Assembly: GCA_947498355.1 (NCBI GenBank)
Contig: CANMKA010000019.1
Coordinates: 10,222 to 74,221 of the forward strand
Origin: an uncultured Paraglaciecola sp.
Lineage (GTDB): Bacteria; Pseudomonadota; Gammaproteobacteria; Enterobacterales; Alteromonadaceae
Direction: 5' to 3'
Length of the DNA stretch: 64,000 nucleotides
In this document: positions 19,196 to 27,712 of the stretch, in pieces
Layout: each line of letters starts with the position of its first letter
Numbering within the stretch: position 1 is the stretch's first letter
The notes under the pieces: generated by a model
The model's input: the letters and a program-made list of their open reading frames with translations, nothing else
What the model was told of the DNA's origin: nothing
Database searches by the model: none
Program-made: the position numbers and the translations under genes

Positions 19196-20683
19196 CTAGG
19201 CCTTAGTTTTATTGTGGTCAGCGGGCAAAGTTAATTCGCCTGAGATGAGTTTGGGTAATAAAACATCTCTAGTGTAAGTTAACGTATTACTTTGTTTTAT
19301 ATTGTCAGTTATTTTCTCATACTGAGTTTTGACAATGCTGGTGTAGTCATCAACAATTAGTTTGGTTGGAACAATCAGCTTAATACTTCTAAAAGTCTTC
19401 TTACTGATCTCTGAAAACGTTGTACCTCCTGAAATGCCCTTAATTTCATCCATCACAGAGTCTAAAAATTGTATAGTGTATTCGGGTGATAAAGTTTTCT
19501 TGCACAGTAAAGCAATATAACCTTGGTTAATTGCAACGGGAACTTTAGCTAAGGCTAAATAGCCAACAGGTGCTCTTGAAGACATTAACACCGTACCTAC
19601 TGGCAGCAAACCTGATGTAATTTTTGCTAAGCCTGCTTGAGTAATTTTACGGTTTGTATCTAACAATATTTTTGAGTCATTACCTGATAGATCTTTTGGT
19701 GATGTCCAGTATATTTCACCACCATCCCAAAAATCTGGATTTTTCGTACTAGGTGTTGAACCACCTTTAATCTGAAACTCATCACCAGTATTTGATAAAA
19801 CCCAACCTTTAGGTATCCAGCCGTTGATGCCGATTGATGGCTCGTCAGTTTGTTCAAATTCGCTTGGGAAGAGTTGGTGCCATTGTTCGCTTGCGTTAGC
19901 GGCTTGGGGGAGTGGTTTAGCTTCCGCTTTTTTATCGGCTGAGAGTTTTTTATGTGCTGAAGGCTCTTCATTAGCCATTTGTTGTTGCACTTGTAATCGT
20001 TGCGCGGCTTTTTTCTGTAAGGCTTCTGGGAAGTCGTTAACCGACATACCGCTAGCAAGGGCGTTGTCGAAAACAGGATCAAAATCGACAAACCAGCTTT
20101 TAAATAACGCTTGCGCCATGTGCTCTAGGGTTTGGTTAGTTTGACGGTTTAGTTCTATTTTTTCATCTAACCTCATTAAGATACCTGATATTCCCTTCTG
20201 CTCAGCAATATCAGGATATGAAATCGTTAAGCGACCAATCATCTCATTATTCAAGCTCGCACGAGTAGACATCGTTGAAAAAGATAGCATTTTCTGTCTA
20301 AATAAGGGACTTCTTAAATAATAGCCAACGTACTCAGGGTGCAATACTTTATCTGTCTCAATCTTTGGTCTTAGTCGCTTTGTAAAACCATTGAAAGTTG
20401 CTCCAGGATAATCTTTAAGTGCGACACTACTCATCCCTAGTTCATGCATTGTCTCACTTGTTCGGGTAATAAAAACATCTCCTTTTTTAACCGAACATTT
20501 AATTCGCTCTTTGTCCTCAGATTGAACCAACTGTTCTAGTTGACGAGGCAAAAATGTGTTTTTAAACACGTCTTTGAAAGACAAAAACGGATGTCCTTGC
20601 CCAAAAAACTTTGCCGACTTAGACAAGCCTGAGCTTACATCATAAAGCTTAAGTAATGACGTTTCAGACCAATTACTCCCCAT
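19196..20683 (-). CDS. hsdS: Type I R-M specificity subunit
   Basis: Two target-recognition halves separated by a conserved helix (LEHMAQALFKSWFVDFDPV). C-terminal conserved helix (RDVLLPKLISGEL). ATG overlaps the upstream ORF stop. Confidence 0.9.
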   Translation of the reverse strand: MGSNWSETSLLKLYDVSSGLSKSAKFFGQGHPFLSFKDVFKNTFLPRQLEQLVQSEDKERIKCSVKKGDVFITRTSETMHELGMSSVALKDYPGATFNGFTKRLRPKIETDKVLHPEYVGYYLRSPLFRQKMLSFSTMSTRASLNNEMIGRLTISYPDIAEQKGISGILMRLDEKIELNRQTNQTLEHMAQALFKSWFVDFDPVFDNALASGMSVNDFPEALQKKAAQRLQVQQQMANEEPSAHKKLSADKKAEAKPLPQAANASEQWHQLFPSEFEQTDEPSIGINGWIPKGWVLSNTGDEFQIKGGSTPSTKNPDFWDGGEIYWTSPKDLSGNDSKILLDTNRKITQAGLAKITSGLLPVGTVLMSSRAPVGYLALAKVPVAINQGYIALLCKKTLSPEYTIQFLDSVMDEIKGISGGTTFSEISKKTFRSIKLIVPTKLIVDDYTSIVKTQYEKITDNIKQSNTLTYTRDVLLPKLISGELTLPADHNKTKA

Positions 20684-21302
20684 AACCCAACACCTCCAAG
20701 TTTTGACGAATCGCTTTATCTAGCGTTTCTGCCTGCTCTACCTGACCGTACAACATTCGGTTTATGCAAAAAGGGTTACTCATAGTCGGCCGCCTTACTG
20801 GCTTTGTTTTTTGCTGTGCTTCTTGCTCAACTGGCTGTTTCTCTTTACTAGCGAGCAAGCGTTCATAGTAAAGCGTGCCTATTTGCCGCTCTAGTGCGCG
20901 TATACTCCAATTTTGTTGGTCTGCTTCTTTCATGTACCACAAACGGGCGTTTGGATTTGCAATGGTAATAAGCTTTGAATAGTGCGACCAACTCAATTTG
21001 GCAGACACTGTCTGCCATTTAGGAAAGGCGATATAAAAGGCGCGCATATTGCGTAAGTTTCTACTTGAAAAGCCTTTATCAAATTGTGTGCTTAATTGCT
21101 TAGAAAGTTGCTGTAATTGTGCCTTGCCGTATTCGGCTCTGCTTTTACCTTGTTGCTCATCTTCAACAATTAACTTTCCGATATGCCAATAGGCTTGCAC
21201 CATTTCGCTATTAACAGTTTGTTTTACCTGCCCTCTGGCTTGTTCAACAATTTGTTTTATGTCTAGTAATAATTGATGGTTAGCAGATAAATTATTTGCC
21301 AT
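20673..21302 (-). CDS. Truncated DUF1016/YhcG-like gene (N-terminal domain only) with a tail copied from hsdM
   Basis: aa 1-~165 look like the DUF1016 N-terminal domain (YWHIGKLIVEDEQ...LSWSHY...NWSIRALERQI). No PD-(D/E)xK nuclease half. The last ~25 aa (EQAETLDKAIRQNLEVLGYGE) duplicate the HsdM C-terminus. Confidence 0.6.
   Translation of the reverse strand: MANNLSANHQLLLDIKQIVEQARGQVKQTVNSEMVQAYWHIGKLIVEDEQQGKSRAEYGKAQLQQLSKQLSTQFDKGFSSRNLRNMRAFYIAFPKWQTVSAKLSWSHYSKLITIANPNARLWYMKEADQQNWSIRALERQIGTLYYERLLASKEKQPVEQEAQQKTKPVRRPTMSNPFCINRMLYGQVEQAETLDKAIRQNLEVLGYGE
20681..20745. repeat. Direct repeat copy A (hsdM 3'-end-like sequence abutting hsdS)
   Basis: CATAACCCAACACCTCCAAGTTTTGACGAATCGCTTTATCTA...TTCTGCCTG, about 80-85% identical by eye to 21301..21365. 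Confidence 0.8.
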
Positions 21303-22923
21303 AACCCAACACCTCTAAGTTTTGGCGAATGGCTTTATCTAATTCTTCTGCCTGTTCCATTTGGCTGTATAGGGTTTGGCTGAGTTCTTTCATTTTGACT
21401 TCAAACGGGATGCCGTCATCTTCAATTTCAGCTGCGCCCACGTAACGCCCTGGGGTTAGTACATAATCATTGGCTTTAATGTCATCAAGTGATGCGGATT
21501 TACTATAACCGGCTTTGTCTTGGTATATTGGGAGATTCCCGCCTTCGCGGGAATGGCTCGATGAAGAACGCCATGCGTGGTAAGTGCGAGCGATTTCGGC
21601 AATGTCATCGGTGGTGAGTTCTTTGTTGGTGCGGCTGATCATGGTGCCCATTTCGCGGGCATCAATAAATAGCGTTTCACCTTGGCGGTTACGGTATTGT
21701 GGCTGTCCTTCTTTTTTGTTTTTCCCGCTTTTATCTTTAGTCAAAAACCATAAACACACCGGAATTTGTGTGGTGTAGAAAAGCTGCCCCGGTAAGGCGA
21801 TCATACAATCGACTAAGTCTTGTTCGATAATTTTTTGGCGAATTGCGCCTTCACCGCCCGTATTTGAGCTCATAGAGCCATTGGCTAATACAAAACCTGC
21901 GGTGCCGTTTTCACTTAGCTTTGAGATCATGTGCATGATCCACGCGTAGTTAGCATTACCTGTTGGCGGCACATCAAACCCCGCCCAGCGGCCATCGTCT
22001 ACTAATTCGCTATCGCTACGCCATTGTTTTTGGTTAAACGGTGGATTCGCCATAATAAAATCGGCTTTTAAGTCTGGGTGTTGGTCTCTAAAGAAACTGT
22101 CACCAGCCACTTCACCTAAGTTGCCTGAAATACCCCGCACGGCTAGGTTCATTTTGGCTAGCTTGTAGGTGGTGTTGGTGTATTCCTGACCATAAATGGA
22201 AATGTCTTTACGGTTGCCTTTGTGGCTGTCGATAAACTTAAGCGACTGCACAAACATACCGCCTGAGCCACAACATGGGTCGTAAATTTTGCCTTTATAG
22301 GGTTCTATCATTTCGGCAATTAGGGCAACGACTGATTTTGGCGTATAGAATTCACCACCGCCTTTACCTTCGCTTGAGGCAAACTTACCTAAAAAGTATT
22401 CGTAAACACGACCCACTAAATCTTCTTCGGTCATTTCACATTCGCTAGCGGCGGTGTCGATGTTATTAATGGTATCGATAAGTGACGCAAGCTTACTAGT
22501 AACTAGCCCTAAACGGCTAAAGTAGTTTTCTGGCAACGCGCCTTTTAGTGATGGGTTGTTTTTTTCGACGGTGTGCAGTGCGGTATCAATTTTTACGGCA
22601 ATGTCGTCTTGCTTCATGTTTTTTTGAATAAACGACCAACGGGCATCGATTGGTAGGTAAAATACGTTGTCTTGCATGTAGAATTCTACTTGGTCAACAA
22701 AATCGCCCATACCACCATCAATCAAGGCTTGGCGTTTATCTTCAAACTTATCACTGATAAATTTTAAGAAGATAAGGCTTAATACCACATGTTTGTACTC
22801 AGACGATTCAACACTGCCACGCAGTTTATTTGCGGTATCCCATAGGGTTTCTTCAAAGTTGGTATTTGTTGTTTTGCTTTTTTTGGTTGCTGGTTTATTA
22901 GTAGCTGATTTGGGGCTTGCCAT
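21292..22923 (-). CDS. hsdM: Type I R-M N6-adenine DNA methyltransferase subunit
   Basis: 543 aa. N-terminal HsdM_N-like region, SAM motif (DPCCGSGGMF), catalytic NPPF (ANPPFNQKQW). Confidence 0.95.
   Translation of the reverse strand: MASPKSATNKPATKKSKTTNTNFEETLWDTANKLRGSVESSEYKHVVLSLIFLKFISDKFEDKRQALIDGGMGDFVDQVEFYMQDNVFYLPIDARWSFIQKNMKQDDIAVKIDTALHTVEKNNPSLKGALPENYFSRLGLVTSKLASLIDTINNIDTAASECEMTEEDLVGRVYEYFLGKFASSEGKGGGEFYTPKSVVALIAEMIEPYKGKIYDPCCGSGGMFVQSLKFIDSHKGNRKDISIYGQEYTNTTYKLAKMNLAVRGISGNLGEVAGDSFFRDQHPDLKADFIMANPPFNQKQWRSDSELVDDGRWAGFDVPPTGNANYAWIMHMISKLSENGTAGFVLANGSMSSNTGGEGAIRQKIIEQDLVDCMIALPGQLFYTTQIPVCLWFLTKDKSGKNKKEGQPQYRNRQGETLFIDAREMGTMISRTNKELTTDDIAEIARTYHAWRSSSSHSREGGNLPIYQDKAGYSKSASLDDIKANDYVLTPGRYVGAAEIEDDGIPFEVKMKELSQTLYSQMEQAEELDKAIRQNLEVLGYGK
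21301..21365. repeat. Direct repeat copy B (authentic hsdM 3' end)
   Basis: CATAACCCAACACCTCTAAGTTTTGGCGAATGGCTTTATCTA...TTCTGCCTG. Spaced ~620 bp from copy A. Confidence 0.8.
21535..21554. repeat. REP-type palindrome inside hsdM (ATTCCCGC-CTTC-GCGGGAAT)
   Basis: Perfect 8-bp stem with a 4-nt loop. Translated in frame as HSREGGN within AWRSSSSHSREGGNLPIYQ. Confidence 0.8.
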
Positions 22924-22946
22924 GCAAATTCGTCCTTTTAATATTC

Positions 22947-23819
22947 TTACTTTTCTAATTGATAACCCGGCGCTATTGCGAGGTTTTCAGCACCATATAA
23001 GGTTTGTGTATTGCGCAGGTGTAACTGGTACTCTGCCCCTTTTAGGCTGGCATCTTGTGTACAATCCACATTCCAACGTCTTAATAAATAGCCCGCCATT
23101 GCTGCTCGTACATTGATTTCAAGTACACCATTTTCCATACCAAAATCGAGCTCAATTGCTGTTGGGTGCTCTACATTGTTTGGATGGGGGATAACGTGTA
23201 ACGGCACCATGCGCATCCATTGGTGATCTTCTAACTTATCTTCTTCTGGTAGTCTTGTCTGTTTGAGAATGGTTACTTTGGTAATGCGGGTTAACACAAA
23301 GTCTCTGAATGACTTTGATTTGCGATCATACGCTCTTACATGCCAACGTAAGCCATTATCGACTATTGAATGAGGTACTAATTCTCTAGCACCCGAACCG
23401 CTGGTTAAAGACGTATATATCACGTTAATAGGTTTATGGTTGACAATTGCTTGAGATAGCTTAGCGATAATATCAATATCAGGTACGTTTAACGGGCTGG
23501 GCGATTCAATAGGGAATGATGTATCACCAATCGAATCAAAGCCATCGCTAATATTATTGGCTAACTTGATAAGAGTACGGCGAGCATCATGTTTAAATAT
23601 GGGCTTGAATTGCGTTGTGATGAAGTATTTTTTCTCTACGTTGTCATACGCCATATTCTCAGGAGCATTATCTTTGTAGAACTTTAAGTCTCTGGTTGCT
23701 GCTGCTAGGCCTAATTCGAAGTGGCTGACTATTTCGCTGCGCGTTACCATCCCAGTAAAATAGAGCTTAAAGTCGATATAAGCTAAGCGCTGCTTCTGTG
23801 CAAAACTGAATTCGTCCAT
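22947..23819 (-). CDS. WYL-domain transcriptional regulator (HTH-WYL-WCX, BrxR/CapW-like)
   Basis: 290 aa. N-terminal wHTH-like region (QRLAYIDFKLYFTGMVTRSEIVSHF). WYL-type core (VPHSIVDNGLRWHVRAYDRKSKSFRDFVLTRI). 23 nt upstream of hsdM on the same strand. Confidence 0.75.
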   Translation of the reverse strand: MDEFSFAQKQRLAYIDFKLYFTGMVTRSEIVSHFELGLAAATRDLKFYKDNAPENMAYDNVEKKYFITTQFKPIFKHDARRTLIKLANNISDGFDSIGDTSFPIESPSPLNVPDIDIIAKLSQAIVNHKPINVIYTSLTSGSGARELVPHSIVDNGLRWHVRAYDRKSKSFRDFVLTRITKVTILKQTRLPEEDKLEDHQWMRMVPLHVIPHPNNVEHPTAIELDFGMENGVLEINVRAAMAGYLLRRWNVDCTQDASLKGAEYQLHLRNTQTLYGAENLAIAPGYQLEK

Positions 23820-24039
23820 TCGATAATTCTGATCCTATTGACATGTTTCATTAGCGTTTAAAGACTATGTCTCATTATGAGTCTGACAGCAAATAAATTT
23901 TATGCTTTGGTGTTGATATAGGTCATTATTATTCAATGCGTTCAAGTTTATGTGGTGACTCAGGCGCTAAGTAAAAAGACATTTATCAGGCTTACTATGC
24001 CCATGGCTCCCCTTTCTCTAGACAAGAAAATGCGCCACA

Positions 24040-24345
24040 AGATTGGATTCCAGATCAAAAGCCCTCTGGAATGACGAGGTGTAGGGTTGTTAGTCATATA
24101 CTGCTGGAATGACGGGGGTTGGGATTATTAGTCTTTTACCACTGATAATGGCGGGAAAGGGACGCTTGACGGTTTTGCTTTTTGCTTGTCTTGCCCCTAT
24201 TCACTCTCCTATCCACTGTTTCTTTTTGCTCTTCTTGCTCCTATTTACTATCTCCTATCCACTGCTCTTACTGCTCTTATCTGCATTTACCCAAATATTA
24301 GGGCGGCACGCAACATGTCTATTCGCAATCTAGCGTGTTGCCCTA
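24040..24345. repeat. Composite REP-like element (hairpin module plus CT-rich tail), same family as the 46.4-47.3 kb array
   Basis: GGATTCCAGATCAAAAGCCCTCTGGAATGACGAGG...GTTAGTC, then a second CTGGAATGACGGGGG...TTAGTC, then CT-rich CTTGCCCCTATTCACT / CTCCTATTTACTATCTCC. Ends in a long imperfect hairpin at ~24298-24347. Confidence 0.75.
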
Positions 24346-24365
24346 ATTGTTTGAACTGCCAAAGG

Positions 24366-27300
24366 TTACATATCAATTAACCTAACTGGCCCTTTCAAGC
24401 CAGACGTTTGCAGTACTTTGGCCTTGTCTTTGGCAAAAAAGTTGTAGCCAGTAAAGGTTACTCGCTGACTTTTAGGTGGCGGCTGATTTGCGTTTAACCA
24501 AGGTACAGTATCACCTACCATGCTGTAACCACTCGTATCAGGCAGGGCTTCATCACCTATGAGTCGATTAACCCAATTGTTGGTAATTGCAATCTCAAGC
24601 TTATTCTCGCCTTCAACTATGGCTGAGCGTATATCCAATGCAAAAGGAGGCTTCCATAAGGTTGGGAAGGCCTTGCCATTGATTGTCACTTGGGCGACTT
24701 GCTGAACATCACCTAAGTCTAGGTACAAAGGCCCTTTCTTGGACGCTGCCCTAGGGGGTAAATTAAACGCTTTATGGTAAGTGGCCGTGCCCGAATAGTG
24801 CTTTATGGCTGGATTGGGATGATCGATCCAGTCTAAAAGTGAATCAAATTCGACTTGCTCTGGCCCTTGCCACTTAGGGTCAAACTTCACTTGCCAAGGG
24901 CCTTCTAGCTGCGTCCCTTGATTCGCATACACATGTTTTACCAGTTGAGAATGGGTGCCCGTGTACTCAGGCGGCTGACCATCACGTCGAATTAATACAA
25001 AACGTCCTGCGAAGGGTTCGAGGGCTAATTGGGTGAGCAGCCTGCTACCATCACGACGATAGCCAGACAATTGCTCTACGCTGCCATCATCTATATTCCA
25101 AATTTCGGGTTGGCCATCGCCATTTCGAATATCGACTTCTAGTTCGACAAATTCAGGTTGGTCGTTGTAAAAATAATACAAGTCATTGTCACCAATACGC
25201 CTATGAGCAAAGAACTTTGCCGGCTGCCCGTTTAATTTCAAATCAGCTTGATATGCCAATTTATCAATACTCTCAGTTAAGGACCAACTGCTAACCAAGC
25301 CCTTTTTATAGGGGCGTATTTGCGGCGAGCCATCAGCCCAAAGCGTATCGGCAATCTTGGCAAATTCGACCTTTTGAGACCACTCACTATACCCAATTAT
25401 ATGTTTAGGCTTGGCCCCAATAACGGTTGCTCCAGCTGCAACCAATTGTTCAATACGCTGCAAGGTTTTGAGATGTAAATATTCGGTTTTATTTAATTCT
25501 AACGCCCGATAACGGGTACCTTCGGGTAACACTAGCCAACCATCTTTTACACTAATTCGATTGAGCAGCACGTCTGTGTTGGTGTAGTCGTAGCCAAAGC
25601 CATCGGGTACACCCGTATTATTAGCATTCCCAACTCTAAGAGGTGCAACATCGCCAAGGTGAATCAAAAAATCAGCATCTGGCACGCCTTGCTGTAACAA
25701 ATACGAGCCACGCGCGAGATAGTCAAACCAAGCCACTCCGCTGTTATTCCACCAAGTTTGAGTACGATCGATATGCGAGCCAATGGAGTCCATTGTCATA
25801 CCGGGTTTAATATGGTTATTTGGCTGATGAGCAAAACGATGGAACATGGTTTCGTTAATACCACGGGCCCACATTTTATCACCATAATGTTTATAAAAGT
25901 AGGGGTGCCCGTACCAATTAACCGTGCGAATGGAGGTAAACGATTCGGCTGAGATTATCTTTTTGCCATAGATGTGGCCAGACGATATGGCGGCCGATAC
26001 CCGACCATTATAAACCTGATCTCGCACCCAAAATTCGCCCATTAAGCGGTCGGCCTGACCTCCCGCTTTTAGTTCGTCAAACGGCCCCCATCCATAAGGC
26101 TCAATATATGACTCCAAGCCATATTGTTTGGTCAGTCGAGTAAATTCAGCAAAATAATTATCGACCATTAAATCGGATAAATGTTGTCGATATTCCTGCA
26201 AAATAGCCCCTGTGTGGGCGGGAGACTCAATGACTCGGCCTGTTAATAAAGGCAACCAAGGAATAAAGTCATAATTAAACTTTTGCGCAAAGCTCTTATC
26301 TATATTTTGCGTCCAGTTTTGTCCACCGACTTCGTAACTATCAATTTCGGTGGTTTTAAACGACTTTATTCCTTCGGCTTGCACTTTTCGTAGGAGCTTG
26401 CCTACGTATTGTTCAAAATGGAACTGCAATGCTTTTGCATCAAACTTATCAACCTCTAAGCCTTCGCCTTCAACGGTTGCTGGTACGTTAAACGCGCCCG
26501 TACTGGTGTAACCAAACCGAAGTAATCTCCAATCGCCTTCAGGCACAGTAATGCCTGCCTTGGGCAGTGTTCCTCGGTTGAGAACCTTCACATCTTTGGC
26601 TTTAATTACAGCTTGCTCGGCAATGGTCGGCGCCATGCTCAACCTGCCTCGCTCCATTGAGTTCATTGATAACCAATGGTCCATTCTGGGCACAGACCAC
26701 AAATCAAAGCGCTTCAGAATAATCGGTTTATCAAACACAAAGCGGAAATACTTAGCAGTAAAACCGTCTTGTTGATCATTCACCAACTGGGGACTGAAGG
26801 CCCACATTCTTGCGCCAGTTCGAGGACGCCTTAACTTTTCGACCACAGTTGTAAAGGTTTCTCCATCGTTTGATATTTGCAGCGCGCCGTCGCCATGTCT
26901 GGTCGGCGTTTCTATTTGTAAACTGCGCAACGTTGTAGGCTTTTCTACTTCTACCTGGATCCAATATTGACCTTCACTGGCTTTACCTTTTTTAGGTTTG
27001 GCATCAAAACCACCTGTGGTGGCATCCTCTTTGCTCTGCGCCGTAAATAAAAACTCGGTATCCCAATCTTTATCCGCCAGCACATTGGCATTTAGCTCAG
27101 GGTTAGAAGAAGAAAACTTTGCGTTGGCAAACGCATTACTTTGATTATATTGATTAGCAGGTAGGGCGATCACAGCTACATCGTGATATAAACCCTCGGC
27201 GTAACCAGGTTGAGGTGGGAGCACTGTTTGTCCACCTTTGACCGCCAGCTCTGACCAAGTGATACGTTTCATCGACATCTCAGGTGTCACCCAAGGACCG

Positions 27301-27695
27301 CCACTTGAGGTCCAACCGTCTGAGTTATGAATGCCAAACTCAATGCCATTTTTATCTGCCTCGGCAGCAGCATGAACTAGATGGTCATAAAACGCGTCAC
27401 TGCCAAACCTTACCGGCCCGCGAGACGAATATGGCCAGTTCCTACGGTGAACGTGAAAGAAAATCGCGCCCCCTATCCCTGCGTCTTTCATTGCCTTGAA
27501 ATCTTCGGTAAAGCCGGGTTTACTTAAATTGCCGTTCATGGCGTGCATCCAAGTTTTGGGCAAATAATTACTGGGCGGCGAATTGAAATCTTCTACCGAT
27601 AAACTTTGTGCAAAGCTGTTTGCTATGCACCAGAGGCTGCCAGCAGTTATTGCAGAAACCTGCCCTGCACGCCTAATGATATGCTTAATTTTCAC
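24366..27695 (-). CDS. Secreted glycoside hydrolase, GH106-like (alpha-L-rhamnosidase family) with C-terminal jelly-roll domain
   Basis: 1109 aa with a signal peptide. N-terminal pattern FNSPPSNYLPKTWMHAMNG...MKDAGIGGAIFF. C-terminal HYSGTATYHKAF...LDLGDVQQVAQVTINGK. Family recalled by pattern, not searched. Confidence 0.65.
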   Translation of the reverse strand: MKIKHIIRRAGQVSAITAGSLWCIANSFAQSLSVEDFNSPPSNYLPKTWMHAMNGNLSKPGFTEDFKAMKDAGIGGAIFFHVHRRNWPYSSRGPVRFGSDAFYDHLVHAAAEADKNGIEFGIHNSDGWTSSGGPWVTPEMSMKRITWSELAVKGGQTVLPPQPGYAEGLYHDVAVIALPANQYNQSNAFANAKFSSSNPELNANVLADKDWDTEFLFTAQSKEDATTGGFDAKPKKGKASEGQYWIQVEVEKPTTLRSLQIETPTRHGDGALQISNDGETFTTVVEKLRRPRTGARMWAFSPQLVNDQQDGFTAKYFRFVFDKPIILKRFDLWSVPRMDHWLSMNSMERGRLSMAPTIAEQAVIKAKDVKVLNRGTLPKAGITVPEGDWRLLRFGYTSTGAFNVPATVEGEGLEVDKFDAKALQFHFEQYVGKLLRKVQAEGIKSFKTTEIDSYEVGGQNWTQNIDKSFAQKFNYDFIPWLPLLTGRVIESPAHTGAILQEYRQHLSDLMVDNYFAEFTRLTKQYGLESYIEPYGWGPFDELKAGGQADRLMGEFWVRDQVYNGRVSAAISSGHIYGKKIISAESFTSIRTVNWYGHPYFYKHYGDKMWARGINETMFHRFAHQPNNHIKPGMTMDSIGSHIDRTQTWWNNSGVAWFDYLARGSYLLQQGVPDADFLIHLGDVAPLRVGNANNTGVPDGFGYDYTNTDVLLNRISVKDGWLVLPEGTRYRALELNKTEYLHLKTLQRIEQLVAAGATVIGAKPKHIIGYSEWSQKVEFAKIADTLWADGSPQIRPYKKGLVSSWSLTESIDKLAYQADLKLNGQPAKFFAHRRIGDNDLYYFYNDQPEFVELEVDIRNGDGQPEIWNIDDGSVEQLSGYRRDGSRLLTQLALEPFAGRFVLIRRDGQPPEYTGTHSQLVKHVYANQGTQLEGPWQVKFDPKWQGPEQVEFDSLLDWIDHPNPAIKHYSGTATYHKAFNLPPRAASKKGPLYLDLGDVQQVAQVTINGKAFPTLWKPPFALDIRSAIVEGENKLEIAITNNWVNRLIGDEALPDTSGYSMVGDTVPWLNANQPPPKSQRVTFTGYNFFAKDKAKVLQTSGLKGPVRLIDM

Positions 27696-27712
27696 AATAA
27701 TTTCCGTCCGTT

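Noticed and set aside
19660-20091. 143-aa alternative-frame ORF within hsdS, and the antisense ORF 19824..20144
   Set aside because: Both lie in the low-complexity linker region of hsdS. They have no independent start signals or recognisable motifs.
13130-24365. Calling the R-M block a mobile genomic island
   Set aside because: I found no integrase, transposase, tRNA target or convincing flanking repeats, and I could not compute a reliable GC deviation by eye. It is described only as an accessory-like block.
24109-24380. ORFs 24109..24333 and 24186..24380 (Leu/Phe-rich peptides)
   Set aside because: They read through the CT-rich REP-like element, so the composition is an artefact of the repeat. 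The same applies to 47109..47300 in the array.
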